This document shows, piece by piece, positions 1-9,981 of a DNA stretch of 45,001 bases. Origin of the DNA: Candidatus Yanofskybacteria bacterium RIFCSPLOWO2_01_FULL_49_17 (lineage in GTDB: Bacteria; Patescibacteriota; Minisyncoccia; 2-02-FULL-40-12; GWA2-44-9); NCBI GenBank assembly GCA_001795695.1, contig MGKO01000006.1, positions 1,828 through 46,828 of the forward strand, read 5' to 3'. The notes below the pieces were generated by a model that was not told the origin of the DNA, ran no database searches, and saw only the letters and a program-made list of their open reading frames with translations. A program made the position numbers and the translations under genes. Each line of letters starts with the position of its first letter. Within the stretch, counting starts at the first letter, position 1.

Positions 1-1698
1 CCCCGTCCCCTCTTGAGATGAGTTCTGGTTACTCTTAACCTCTTTCAAAAAATCATTGAAGGCGTTGTTCCATTTAATATCGTCTGAAATAATTGCGCCG
101 CCACGAACTATTCGTGGCCACACAGTTCTAAACTCAAAAATCATGTTTTCGTAACTGTGATCGCTGTCATGATAAAAAATATCTATCTCCTTGAGTTCGC
201 TAACAAGTTTAGGCAATTCAATTTTTGAATCGGCTAAAATCAACCTCCATCTATTTTTTAGTTCGTCAGGAATCAGCCAGCCTGGCTCTTTCTGTTTCGG
301 GATAAAACCCCTGAATTCGGTCCGGCCTGTATCGGTAATGTATTCCTCAGGTTTGCCATTAAATTTTTGATTTAAATCAATTGAATATAGGAAGCCTTTA
401 TTATTATCAGATAAAGCCTGTAGGATAGCCGCAGATGACCGACCACTGGCCACGCCTGTTTCCACAACCACCGACGGCCTTAAGAGTCGGATGATTATAT
501 ATAATAAGGCCACCTCGTAATCTCCCGAGTGGGCATGGGCAAAATTTTTATTGGAGATTATTTCCCCCTTATACTGATTATGATAAGCATTGACCCACTT
601 ATCGCCAAATAGCTTTTTGGCGGTATTGATAATTTTTTTATCTAAATTTATTTTCTCCCTATAATTCTTCAGACCGGATTGGATATAAATCGCTTTTAGT
701 AAATAGACTATGGGTTTTAATATTTTGTATTTCCGAACTTTGTTTAAAAATTTAGACAATAAATTGGCGAATCTTTTTTTAATACCCACTAAAACTGTCT
801 TTATTTGTCTAAACATTTTTAGGACCCATAGTCCCGGCAGTGTTATTATCAACCGAGTAAAATATATTGTATTGAACGGATCGAACATCCAAGCTTTATA
901 TACGTTACAAACTGTTTTCTTGTAATCGACTTTTAAACGATAGAGAGTGTATAAATCAAAAAAACGCAGGGCCAATAATTTTTTGTTATGAATATATTCT
1001 AGATAATGTTTCTTTATAAAAAGTTCATAGCCTTTAATGATATTCAACAGGTTGCCAACGCCACCGAGGTGTTCATTTGGACCCAAAACATTAAGCTTAA
1101 CGAGAATGGAATCAATAACATAAAAATCACTAACTTGACTGACTCTTAGCATTAAATCCCATTCCTGATTTTTGGTTAATGCCTCATCAAAAATAAAACC
1201 TTTCTCAGTTAATTCTCGCCGAATCATAATAGAGCTTGTCCAGATGAAACATTTTCTCAAAAGTTCTGAGTGAGGCCGCAAAATTCCTTCATGTTTGGGC
1301 AGGTGAATAAAAAGAACATGGCCTTGCTTATCAATCGCTTTTACTCCTGCCACTACGACACCGACTTTATTGTCGTTTGAATTAAAAGCGGCTAGTTGTT
1401 TTGATAGTTTGTTCTCATGCCACTCATCATCATCGTCAAGAAATGCGATAAATTCTTCGGATGAATTTTTAATACCAGTATTACGGGCGGCAGGTGCGCC
1501 TTTATTAAAAGGGTGTTCGAAATATCGGATCCGTGGATCAGCAAATTTTTCGATTATAACTTTGTTTTGGTCATTCGGACCATCACTGACAACGATAATC
1601 TCAAAATCTTGAAATGTTTGTTTCAAGACGGACTCAACCGCCCGTTTCAGTAAATCGGGTCGGTTATGGGTCGGAATAACAACGCTAATTTTAGGCAT
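1..1698 (-). CDS. GT2 glycosyltransferase fused to a class I SAM methyltransferase (Methyltransf_24-like); 3' end outside window
   Basis: Not in the ORF track; translated by hand. ATG at 1698 gives MPKISVVIPTHNRPDLLKRAVESVLKQTFQDFEIIVVSDG...ARNTGI...IAFLDDDDEW (GT2). The frame continues without a stop into ...LRPSVVVETGVASGRSSAAILQAL...IDIFYHDSDHSYENMIFEF...GGAIISDDI (methyltransferase) and is still open at base 1 (566 codons). Confidence 0.88.
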   Translation of the reverse strand, partial: MPKISVVIPTHNRPDLLKRAVESVLKQTFQDFEIIVVSDGPNDQNKVIIEKFADPRIRYFEHPFNKGAPAARNTGIKNSSEEFIAFLDDDDEWHENKLSKQLAAFNSNDNKVGVVVAGVKAIDKQGHVLFIHLPKHEGILRPHSELLRKCFIWTSSIMIRRELTEKGFIFDEALTKNQEWDLMLRVSQVSDFYVIDSILVKLNVLGPNEHLGGVGNLLNIIKGYELFIKKHYLEYIHNKKLLALRFFDLYTLYRLKVDYKKTVCNVYKAWMFDPFNTIYFTRLIITLPGLWVLKMFRQIKTVLVGIKKRFANLLSKFLNKVRKYKILKPIVYLLKAIYIQSGLKNYREKINLDKKIINTAKKLFGDKWVNAYHNQYKGEIISNKNFAHAHSGDYEVALLYIIIRLLRPSVVVETGVASGRSSAAILQALSDNNKGFLYSIDLNQKFNGKPEEYITDTGRTEFRGFIPKQKEPGWLIPDELKNRWRLILADSKIELPKLVSELKEIDIFYHDSDHSYENMIFEFRTVWPRIVRGGAIISDDIKWNNAFNDFLKEVKSNQNSSQEGTG

Positions 1699-1704
1699 GA
1701 TGAA

Positions 1705-2751
1705 CTATTTTTTGGCGCTTACTGCGCCAAAAAATATGTCCTCCATTCGGGTCACGGCGTTTTCCCAAGAGAGTGTGCGAATAAACTTGTAGCCGTTTTC
1801 AGCAATTTGCTCACGCAATACTTTGTCTGAAACGGCTAGCTTGAGTTTTCGGACCAAATCGTCAAAGTCGGCGTGCTTGGCCACAAAAGCGGTTTTGCCA
1901 TCAAACGCATAGTCCCGCGAACCGCCGGTGTCCCATGTTACGACGGCTGATTTGCAAGCCATGGCTTCCATGGCCGGCATGCCCAAGCCCTCGTAGTCAG
2001 AAGGACAAAGGAAAATATCGCACGAGGAATAGATTCTAGCGAGATCTTTTTGTTGCGGATAATAATGATATTCATCATGAGGAATGCTAGTCACAGCCCG
2101 TCTTACACCAAACAAAACCAATTTGATATCGGGAAAATCCTTCTTGACTACTTCAAAAGCGCGAGCGCCCTCGACCGTGCCTTTCCACTTATATTCATGA
2201 TCCAACAGGCAAATCCGGACCGGACTTTTATTTTTGGCTTCAGGTACGAAGTGGAAAAGTTCCAGATCTACTGGTGTCAAAATAAGGTCGGCATCAGAAT
2301 GAAACTTTTCTTTTAATATTCCTTTTATCCAATTAGAGATCGTGATTTTTTGAAGCTTCATCGCCGGTCCGGCCCAGAGCGCGTCTACAACTTCCGGCTT
2401 GCCGTGGTAGAGACTTTCATAATGCTGGACCAAATAGGATTTCTTGCCCTTAGACGGGCCGTACGAAGCGACGGGGCCGGCGGTCTGCCAGGCAGTGGCA
2501 ATAATAATATCGCCATCGGGAATGTCTTGTTCATGATAGGCCGCATCGACTCGTTTGAGAGTAGCGGCAAAATTCGCAAACCATTTTGGTTTTTTGACCA
2601 ACAAACTACCCACTAGCCGCCTGAACGCTCCGTTCACGGGTACAATCACGGTCACCTCGTGTCCTCGCCGGGCCAACAAATGAGCATATGTTAAAAAAGC
2701 CCTCGGACCACCAGCTGGCTTGATATGCGGCGCGACAAAAGTAATTTTCAT
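1705..2751 (-). CDS. GT4 glycosyltransferase (WsaF-like)
   Basis: ATAWQTA and YLVQHYE motifs; C-terminal EGLGMPAMEAMAC (GT-B Ex7E motif). Confidence 0.9.
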   Translation of the reverse strand: MKITFVAPHIKPAGGPRAFLTYAHLLARRGHEVTVIVPVNGAFRRLVGSLLVKKPKWFANFAATLKRVDAAYHEQDIPDGDIIIATAWQTAGPVASYGPSKGKKSYLVQHYESLYHGKPEVVDALWAGPAMKLQKITISNWIKGILKEKFHSDADLILTPVDLELFHFVPEAKNKSPVRICLLDHEYKWKGTVEGARAFEVVKKDFPDIKLVLFGVRRAVTSIPHDEYHYYPQQKDLARIYSSCDIFLCPSDYEGLGMPAMEAMACKSAVVTWDTGGSRDYAFDGKTAFVAKHADFDDLVRKLKLAVSDKVLREQIAENGYKFIRTLSWENAVTRMEDIFFGAVSAKK

Positions 2752-2783
2752 ATTTGAAATAATAAACTAATCTAATGGAAAAA

Positions 2784-3617
2784 TCAACGCTTATCTCTCC
2801 ATCCATAAACCATGGAAGCACTCAAAGAGTTTTTACTTTCAACTGAATGTGATTCTTTTACTACCCTCACTTTAGTTTGGAAACCGGCATGCTCAAGAAT
2901 TTCTAACATTTCAGATAATGGCTTAGGGAAAAATTCGGGATGGTGGTGATATTCAAGCTGAATTTGAGAAATACTGGCCATTTTATTTTTTTCGGACAAA
3001 TCTTCCAGAACGTCAAATTCAGCGCCTTCAATGTCAATTTTGAGAAAATCTATTGGTCCTTTTATATAATCAGACAAACAGACAATATCCACGGGAAAAG
3101 AATTGAGCGGACGCTTGGCGGCCAGATATTTGTTCAAACTGGCACCGTAACTTGTTGGCTCGTCCTGATCAACAAAAAATTCCGCTTGGCCTTTTGTTTT
3201 TCCCAGAGCGCAGGGATAAACTATGACATCTTTCTCCCAATCGTTGACTTGGATGTTTTTCTTTAATATCGCCAACGCAGCCGGATTAGGTTCAAAACAC
3301 TTAACACGAGCATTTGGCGCCATGAGTTTGATATAGAGCAAAGAAACTCCGATATTCGCACCACAATCAATTGCTTCAATCGACAAATTTGTTTTTTTAA
3401 GGTAATAATATTCTTTAAAAAATATCTCCATGAAAAGCCCGGCAAATTGTTTGAGAGAAGTAAAATAAAAACTAACTGGGCCGACTGGGATTTTATAATA
3501 TTTTCGCTTAACAATCCCGGTTTTATAAAAAAGGTAATATGAACAAAAAATTACCGCCGCCCGAAAACCGAGAAGCTTGCGCAAATATGAAAAATATCCG
3601 ATAGCTCTTGAAATCAT
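2784..3617 (-). CDS. FkbM family methyltransferase
   Basis: IDCGANIG, FEPNP and IDFLKIDIEGAEFDVL motifs. Confidence 0.92.
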   Translation of the reverse strand: MISRAIGYFSYLRKLLGFRAAVIFCSYYLFYKTGIVKRKYYKIPVGPVSFYFTSLKQFAGLFMEIFFKEYYYLKKTNLSIEAIDCGANIGVSLLYIKLMAPNARVKCFEPNPAALAILKKNIQVNDWEKDVIVYPCALGKTKGQAEFFVDQDEPTSYGASLNKYLAAKRPLNSFPVDIVCLSDYIKGPIDFLKIDIEGAEFDVLEDLSEKNKMASISQIQLEYHHHPEFFPKPLSEMLEILEHAGFQTKVRVVKESHSVESKNSLSASMVYGWRDKR

Positions 3618-3622
3618 TTTAA

Positions 3623-4546
3623 TTAGAGGGACATATTCTTGCGGGCCAGATCAATGCCCCAGGAATAAAGCTGCCACCGACGCGGACCAGTAAAATGTTT
3701 AGCGGCAGTATCTCCATCTACGTCCCCTTTGATTCGATAGCGCTTATGAGTCAAAAACTTCCATTTTAGACGAGCATAGAGAACGGAGAACCCGGCCGAA
3801 TCCACGAAATAGTCCTCGGGCTCAAGAATATGCTCAAAATATTCCGTGAACCATTCATGCGGAATTTTAGTTTTATCAAAAATTATAAGGTCGGAGTTAA
3901 GATGATTAAGACCTTGTTCATTTATTTTTAGACGATTTTTAAATCCTTCGTCAATCAATATAGGCATGTCATGAGGATCATAAGACCCAAGAGCATCACT
4001 ATCAATTTGACCCTTAATAAATTCAATGATCTCTTGCGGCTTTGAGTAAAACAAAACATCACTGCCGATGACCATTACATACTTAGATTTTGAAAGCAGG
4101 TAGTCGTCGGTTAATTTGGTAGCCAGAACATTGGGCCCGAACCTAATCTTTTTTATCTTATCATTGATATCAGTTCTCTGGTTGATAGCGGCGGTTGCCT
4201 CGCTCCAGGGCAGAACCCGGACATTGCTGAATTTACTCTCCAGAAGGGCGATAGACCGCTCATCAAAATCGTCAACATGAACGATAATCTTTGGACAAAG
4301 ACCGGAATGGTGGAGAAAAGAACGCAAACAAACCATGAGCGGCCAGAGCATCGCTTTCTGGCACAGCACATGGACCTCAAAGTCCTCGTCAATCTTGCCT
4401 TCATATTTTGGAAATCGGGTAGTCAGAAGACGTCCAAAATATCTGTTTTTACAGTAACTGAAAAAATGTCTCCCTTCCCCGCTCCCAAACAACCTTTTGA
4501 CAGAATAGGCCTCCGTCTTTATTTTTTTGAACAATCTCTTAAGCAT
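3623..4546 (-). CDS. Hypothetical protein, probable GT-A fold nucleotide-sugar transferase
   Basis: 307-aa ORF in the operon; KLTD...VIGSDVLF (DxD-like), LNSDL and KHFTG resemble GT8-like motifs. Family call is inference. Confidence 0.55.
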   Translation of the reverse strand: MLKRLFKKIKTEAYSVKRLFGSGEGRHFFSYCKNRYFGRLLTTRFPKYEGKIDEDFEVHVLCQKAMLWPLMVCLRSFLHHSGLCPKIIVHVDDFDERSIALLESKFSNVRVLPWSEATAAINQRTDINDKIKKIRFGPNVLATKLTDDYLLSKSKYVMVIGSDVLFYSKPQEIIEFIKGQIDSDALGSYDPHDMPILIDEGFKNRLKINEQGLNHLNSDLIIFDKTKIPHEWFTEYFEHILEPEDYFVDSAGFSVLYARLKWKFLTHKRYRIKGDVDGDTAAKHFTGPRRWQLYSWGIDLARKNMSL

Positions 4547-4610
4547 ATTTATAAATTATATATGAAAAATTGGAAGTTACTACCATAGCAACTTCCAACT
4601 CCTTTGAACG

Positions 4611-5123
4611 TCATCTCCACCAAAGAACAGTGGCTGAAATAATTGCCAACACAGCACCGACCGGTTCGGCTAACTTGTAGACCATGGCTGGTACTGGAGG
4701 GTACTGGACTGGCCAACCTCGTGGCACAATCCGGTACCATGCATCGGCCATCCAGGGGGCCATTACCCACTTCAATCTCGGATGAGATGGGTAGAGTTTA
4801 CCATCCTTTCGAAAACATGGAATGAACGAGTCCACAAAGATGTGGAGCAAGAGAGCCACAAACGGCAACCACGAATGACTCACCCAGCACAGCGCCCCGC
4901 CGAATGGGAACGCCAGAACGCTGTGAAGAATCCGATCGCGAGCCGTGATGTCCGGCGTGAGTTTCAGAAATCCTCGGTGGTAGATTTCAAAAATCTTGTC
5001 GCCATCGATGAATACCCCGCTCCCGATGGAAGCGGCGATGACCGTGGGCGATATGTCGGCGCCGGCCATCTGCGCTCCAGTCAAAAGACCCAATGTGACG
5101 CCAACGTGAGAAATCGGACCCAC
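4611..5123 (-). CDS. Putative membrane-bound metal-dependent hydrolase (YdjM-like)
   Basis: Motif order SH...IDGD...RILHS...HIFVD matches the YdjM pattern; GTG start preceded by GAGAGG. Confidence 0.65.
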   Translation of the reverse strand: MGPISHVGVTLGLLTGAQMAGADISPTVIAASIGSGVFIDGDKIFEIYHRGFLKLTPDITARDRILHSVLAFPFGGALCWVSHSWLPFVALLLHIFVDSFIPCFRKDGKLYPSHPRLKWVMAPWMADAWYRIVPRGWPVQYPPVPAMVYKLAEPVGAVLAIISATVLWWR

Positions 5124-5177
5124 AAAAACCTCTCAATCCACTAAAATCTAAGGAACGAATTAACACTTCCAGATCAG

Positions 5178-5207
5178 GACAATAGCAAAAAAAGAACATA
5201 AAGTCAA
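5178..5207 (-). promoter_or_regulatory. Sigma70-type promoter for 4611..5123
   Basis: Minus strand TTGACT-17 nt-TATTGT with an upstream TG (extended -10). Confidence 0.6.
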
Positions 5208-5222
5208 GCTCTTGTAGAGTAA

Positions 5223-5546
5223 TCAGCTAAATAGATAAAGAAATAAAGCCGCGCCAAAAAAATTGAGAATGATATCGAAAATGGTGTCGGCCAGGGTTGG
5301 AGTCACATCTTTTTGTCTAAGTTTACTTTTCACATACTTAGATAGCGTAGGAACCTTAGCAACTGTAAATTCCATGAATTCCCATAATATGGTCACAATC
5401 CCAAGACCTAGAAATATAAAGCTTGGCGACTGGAAAAAATTAGAAAAGAACATCGCCACGAAGAAACCGCCCAAGAAATGTAGAGTTTGAAAAAACCAAT
5501 AATGACGGTTACCAAATCCATGATACATACCCAAAGATACGTTCAA
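5223..5546 (-). CDS. Small membrane protein with HFLGG...WE...DT..D motif (DUF2238/VanZ-like)
   Basis: Hydrophobic 107-aa ORF. Start is uncertain: the frame stays open about 14 codons upstream (KRAYTFIALTILFV) with no ATG. Confidence 0.6.
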   Translation of the reverse strand: MNVSLGMYHGFGNRHYWFFQTLHFLGGFFVAMFFSNFFQSPSFIFLGLGIVTILWEFMEFTVAKVPTLSKYVKSKLRQKDVTPTLADTIFDIILNFFGAALFLYLFS

Positions 5547-5593
5547 AACAAATAGAATAGTGAGGGCTATAAAAGTATAGGCACGTTTTTATG

Positions 5594-6322
5594 CTAGAAG
5601 GGTATTTTAATTCTGACGCCCTTTATATGAATGTCCCAAAAGAGTCTAGCCAGGGCATGTATGGCTTCGATTACGCTTTTAATTTTAAACGAAGCGGTGG
5701 CTGAGGTCGGTTTAATACCCATGGGCACCTCTACATACCGAGCGCCTGATTTTATGAGTAAAACCAAAACTTGGACCATGTATGCAAAGCTTCCTGAACG
5801 CATCGGCACTTTTCTTATCAGCTTTGTCGGTACGACGCAGGTGCCATTATAGTAACGGAGGCGAAGGCCAAACAACGTGTTACATAATATGACAAAGGCC
5901 CGAGAAACAAAACGTCTCTTAAAACTACGCGCTTTTTTATTTACTGTATACGGAACTACAAGATCTACCTGACCGATATCCTTGAATATACCGACCATGG
6001 AATCTTCGATCGTCTCGTCGTCGCTGGGAATAAACATAACATTTTCTTTTTGGGCTAGGTCCACCCCCTGCCAGTACGTTAGGCCGAATGGCTTAAAGTG
6101 ATGATTAATAATTGGCCGAATATGAGAATCTTTTTTTGCCAGGTCGAGTACAACTTCATCGGTTCGATCGTGACTTCCGTCCCTGCTCGTATTTACCAAC
6201 ACAATTATCTCATAGTCGGAGAGTCCGGCCCTTTGCAACGCTCGAGTGGTGGTGGCGATAGCTTCGCCTACCAGATGCTCCATATTCAAAGCCGGCATAA
6301 TGATAGAAAGTGAGCGGTTCAT
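5594..6322 (-). CDS. GT2 glycosyltransferase, polyprenol-phosphate glycosyltransferase (DPM1-like)
   Basis: SIIMPALN, DGSHDRT, PSDDE and R...RRFVS...N.LFG motifs. Confidence 0.82.
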   Translation of the reverse strand: MNRSLSIIMPALNMEHLVGEAIATTTRALQRAGLSDYEIIVLVNTSRDGSHDRTDEVVLDLAKKDSHIRPIINHHFKPFGLTYWQGVDLAQKENVMFIPSDDETIEDSMVGIFKDIGQVDLVVPYTVNKKARSFKRRFVSRAFVILCNTLFGLRLRYYNGTCVVPTKLIRKVPMRSGSFAYMVQVLVLLIKSGARYVEVPMGIKPTSATASFKIKSVIEAIHALARLFWDIHIKGVRIKIPF

Positions 6323-6365
6323 GTTAGCTTACTATACAAAAAAAATGTCTGTTTGCAAAGGAAGG

Positions 6366-6391
6366 CCCCGGTTGCTCGAAAGCAACCGGGG
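6366..6391 (-). terminator. Intrinsic terminator after 6413..7951
   Basis: Perfect 11-bp stem CCCCGGTTGCT/AGCAACCGGGG with a TTCG loop on the minus strand. Confidence 0.75.
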
Positions 6392-6412
6392 TTGTGTCTT
6401 CTCGGTTGGAGA

Positions 6413-7951
6413 TTAGTCGAGAAGGTATTTTAGTCGCTGAAAGAAGAGCTCGGAACTGATGGGGGTTTTGTTGCCGATGACCTCAACGGCCAGAGAGCCG
6501 GCGACGTTACCTACAAATGCGGTCAGATCCGACGAAAGACCGCGGGCGGCACAGAGAGAAGAGAACGCAAGGAATGCGTCTCCGGCACCGACCGTATCAA
6601 CCACACTGGTAGTGAACGAGGGAATGATGCCGGCCTGGCCGTTGTCCAAGAACAATGCGCCACGGCGGCCAAGTGTCAGCACCACCGAAGCGGCCCCCGT
6701 GGAAGAACGGACGGAACGAGCCACGTCTTTGACGTCGGACTCGTCATCATGAACGGCAAGCCGAGCTTCGCGTTCATCGACGCAGAGGTAGTCAGCACCT
6801 TGGTACTTGGTAGCGTAGTTGAAGCCAAGGTTACCCGCATTGGTCTGCGCGTTGACGGCTAAGAATGCGGCACCCGAACGAATCGTCTCAATCAATCGCT
6901 TTGAGAGTAGCTTGTGGCCGTAATCGGCCACAAGCACCAAGTCATAATCGGCCAGACACCCCTTGAGGTAAGCATCGATGCTGTCCTCCAACTCGGTTGG
7001 TATTGGTTTTCGATCAAACTCGTACAGCTCGAACAGTCGTGTCAAGTAGGCCGGATCAATGTACCGAGTTTTCGTGATTGTTGGACGATTCGGACAGATG
7101 AAAAACTCTGGCCGCACGTTCGGTTGAAGTTTTCCTCGAATGAACTCCTCTCGAGAACACGTTTCGCCCAGATAGGTCACGACATCAACAGTCTCACACA
7201 AGCCCGCGATGTGGTTGGCACAGGCAAGAACGCCTCCGGCAAACATCTCTCGTTCCCGCACTTCCGCGGCAATAACGGGTGACTTGGATGGTGTACCCGG
7301 CAAGGGCGCCGCATAGCAGTACTCGTCAATGATCGTTTCGCCCACCACAAGAACCTTGAGATTCCTAAGACTCTGAAGATGTCCGACCACTGACGCGTAG
7401 TCATACTTCTTCTTGAAGTCATCGAGAAATGCCATTACCTCTGGCGGGTTGGGTGGAAAGTATCTATTCAGAAGACTCGTCGAATGGACCAGGGGCACGA
7501 TCTGCAGAAACTCCATCTTGCCCCCAACCTCATCGAGAGCTTCCTTGTCCCGGTTGAGACCGCTGGTTGGATCATCGAGCAGCGGCATGACATCTTCGCC
7601 TCGAGCGTAGATGTCAGGCCGTAATTGCCGAATAATTTTGTATGGACCAAGCTCACGGCAGGGAACCACAAAACTCACGTAGCCCAGAGAGGCCACCGAA
7701 CGCTGACGAATGCTTTCAGCGAACGCTGGACGATTTGGACCTTTGTGGACGAATGTGTCATCGAGAACGGAAACGATAAGGACATCTCCGTAATCGGCAG
7801 CCTGATCGAGGTAGTAAATATGCCCCATGTGCATGAGATCAAACACACCGTGGGCAAGTACTACTCGTTTCCCCTCTGCCTTGAGTTGCTGAACGATTGG
7901 CACAAGTTCTTCGAGTGTTTTGATTTTTTTGCCCACTCGGTGCGTATGCAT
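6413..7951 (-). CDS. Bifunctional cytidylyltransferase-like / PfkB sugar kinase (RfaE/HldE-like, reversed domain order)
   Basis: N-terminal HGVFDLMHMGH (HxGH) and KGPNRP; C-terminal GETIIDEY and DTVGAGDAF (PfkB signature). Confidence 0.9.
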   Translation of the reverse strand: MHTHRVGKKIKTLEELVPIVQQLKAEGKRVVLAHGVFDLMHMGHIYYLDQAADYGDVLIVSVLDDTFVHKGPNRPAFAESIRQRSVASLGYVSFVVPCRELGPYKIIRQLRPDIYARGEDVMPLLDDPTSGLNRDKEALDEVGGKMEFLQIVPLVHSTSLLNRYFPPNPPEVMAFLDDFKKKYDYASVVGHLQSLRNLKVLVVGETIIDEYCYAAPLPGTPSKSPVIAAEVREREMFAGGVLACANHIAGLCETVDVVTYLGETCSREEFIRGKLQPNVRPEFFICPNRPTITKTRYIDPAYLTRLFELYEFDRKPIPTELEDSIDAYLKGCLADYDLVLVADYGHKLLSKRLIETIRSGAAFLAVNAQTNAGNLGFNYATKYQGADYLCVDEREARLAVHDDESDVKDVARSVRSSTGAASVVLTLGRRGALFLDNGQAGIIPSFTTSVVDTVGAGDAFLAFSSLCAARGLSSDLTAFVGNVAGSLAVEVIGNKTPISSELFFQRLKYLLD

Positions 7952-8050
7952 AGCTACCCCTTCTTAGAGCTGAAAATTGTCAATGAAACTCGCCTCATAC
8001 GATAGCACACTAAGTATAAATATGGAAGGGAAGTTATAAAAAATAAATAG

Positions 8051-8080
8051 GGGGCGCCTGCCTTGGAAGACAGACGCCCC
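8051..8080 (-). terminator. Intrinsic terminator after the B12 radical SAM gene
   Basis: Minus strand GGGGCGTCTGTCTT-CC-AAGGCAGGCGCCCC. The two mismatches are G-U pairs only on the minus strand, and a T-rich tail follows. Confidence 0.8.
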
Positions 8081-8088
8081 TGTGTGAA

Positions 8089-9981
8089 CTAGGAAACCGG
8101 ACCGCCGAGAGCGAGCTTTCGGTCGGGCCGTTTCACGAGTCTTCTCCGTTCTTTCCGCTGTTTCCAGAGATCAAGCTGGATCATCTCGAGATAGAAACGA
8201 ATCTTTTCTCGAAATGAGTACCTGATCGGATAGATGCGAGTGCGATGCATGTACCCCTTTGAAACAGTGTAGAGCCAGAGGAACAGAGCCTGGAGGCGCT
8301 TGTTTCTGGTTGAACTCATGCCCATTAAAACGCTAGTCATGGGCCGAGCCAATCTTTGTATAAACCGATTCCGTGACCCCCAAAAGAGAGTCAGGAACGT
8401 ACCAATGAGCGTCAGGTTCTGAATGACCTCTTTCTCCTCTTCCGAAAAGCATGAGAGAGGAGATTTAGTCTGATAACTAGCATGAAGCTTGGCAAAATCG
8501 CCGTCGAAATCTCCGCGCGCTTCGCACCAGTCAGTCGCCTTGGTCCCCGGATAGGGAAACAGAGTCAGAAACTCCGCGAACCCGGGCTTGCACTTGAGAG
8601 TAAACATCACCGACTCGACGTTAGTCGCGATGTTGTCATGGCGCAAACCCATGTTGCCAAGGAACTGGACCGTCGATCGACGCCGCAGAGCCGTGCTCTT
8701 CTCGTTTGGAAACCAAGTCTGATTGAGTTTCAAGGCCTCGTCAAAATCCATCCGCGTCCCGTTGACCGTCTTCAGAATACCCAGATCCCTTTTCACCAAC
8801 GCGAGTTTCTCATCGAAATGAGGATCGTCCTCGCGCGGAAGAATGGGAGATGGAATCCCGACAATGGTGTTTGGGAACGTATAGACACCCTCCGCGTAGG
8901 CAATAGCAAACGCGGCTTTGACTTGTTCCTGGCTCATATCGCGAACGATGACATGATCATGGATGAACTGGTTGCCTGACTCAATAGACATAGTCAGGGA
9001 GGCCAATCCAGCCTTTTTCCAGTCCCGGATGACATTCACGCCCTTCTCGTGCAACTTCATGACGTTGTCACAGCGAGTCAGGATGTGAAATGGCAACCCG
9101 ACCCGGACCGGGTACTTGGAGCAGAACTCTTCGTGCCAGGCCACCTCGTCCGGACTGGGAAAGGGCGGGAACACGTCATCGTAGAACTTGAAATACCTCG
9201 TATCCCAGTTCTTCATGACATACTTCAGCTCCTCCAAGAACCGATCAACTCCGTAGTACTGCCTGACCCGGCCAAGACCTTTGTAGAGGTCGTTGAATTG
9301 CGGCTCAAAGCAGTATGCACAACGAAATGGACAGCCCCGCGAAGCCATGTGAGTGCGCTTGAAACGTTTCCGAAACGCAGTTGAGTCGTAGACGAGACCG
9401 CGATCCAGAAATGGGAGAGTATCCAGGTCAACTTTTCTGGAACGAACAATCCCCCGCTTCATAGTGAACGCGTCAAAGTACTTTTCATCCTTGGACCCAT
9501 CTGAGATCAGTCCGAGTTGGACTTTTCGGGAATCGGCCGGAATCTCAAGGACTTTGTAAACGTTCTCTTTGGTCACTACGTTCTGAATCTGGTCCGGCAT
9601 CCGACCGGCTTCAAGTTCAGCTAGTATCTCGAGCCACGCGTCATCGCCTTCTCCAACGCAGATCAAATCCATCGCTTCTGGATGGCGCATCATCTCGCCG
9701 GGGAAGTAGGTGAAGTGAGGCCCGCCGAAGGCAGTGATGATGGAACGCTTGATGTTTTTGGCTTCAGCCGCGGCATTGATGTAGGTCCGCTGGTTGCCGG
9801 TGATGCAGCTGAACGCCATCACATCCGGCCTGAAGCTTGAAACGGCGTCCTTTACACTCCGATCTTGCAGAACCAACATCTGGGTTTCATGTCCGCGTTG
9901 CCGGGCCAGAGCCGACAAAAGCATCTGGTTCATCGGCTCGGTCATGTCCCCGTCGTCACGCATGACAAACAGGATTTTCAT
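8089..9981 (-). CDS. Cobalamin-binding (class B-type) radical SAM protein
   Basis: B12-binding motifs PDVMAFS, GGPHFT and CVGEGD; SRGCPFRCAYC (CxxxCxxC); FYDDVF, SIESGN and PYPGT. Confidence 0.92.
   Translation of the reverse strand: MKILFVMRDDGDMTEPMNQMLLSALARQRGHETQMLVLQDRSVKDAVSSFRPDVMAFSCITGNQRTYINAAAEAKNIKRSIITAFGGPHFTYFPGEMMRHPEAMDLICVGEGDDAWLEILAELEAGRMPDQIQNVVTKENVYKVLEIPADSRKVQLGLISDGSKDEKYFDAFTMKRGIVRSRKVDLDTLPFLDRGLVYDSTAFRKRFKRTHMASRGCPFRCAYCFEPQFNDLYKGLGRVRQYYGVDRFLEELKYVMKNWDTRYFKFYDDVFPPFPSPDEVAWHEEFCSKYPVRVGLPFHILTRCDNVMKLHEKGVNVIRDWKKAGLASLTMSIESGNQFIHDHVIVRDMSQEQVKAAFAIAYAEGVYTFPNTIVGIPSPILPREDDPHFDEKLALVKRDLGILKTVNGTRMDFDEALKLNQTWFPNEKSTALRRRSTVQFLGNMGLRHDNIATNVESVMFTLKCKPGFAEFLTLFPYPGTKATDWCEARGDFDGDFAKLHASYQTKSPLSCFSEEEKEVIQNLTLIGTFLTLFWGSRNRFIQRLARPMTSVLMGMSSTRNKRLQALFLWLYTVSKGYMHRTRIYPIRYSFREKIRFYLEMIQLDLWKQRKERRRLVKRPDRKLALGGPVS

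Noticed and set aside
5547-5593. Frameshifted or lost start codon for the 5223 membrane protein
   Set aside because: The frame is open and hydrophobic upstream of the TTG but is bounded by TAA within an A5 run. I cannot tell an alternative start, a mutation or a sequencing error apart without reads.
6413-7951. Calling this gene hldE/rfaE for LPS heptose
   Set aside because: The domain order is reversed, and no gmhA, gmhB or lipid A core genes are in the window; the substrate is unknown.
8482-9384. Plus-strand ORFs of 165 and 111 aa, and the many other 60-160 aa track ORFs inside larger genes
   Set aside because: They are shadow ORFs within well-supported genes, with no motifs or translation signals.
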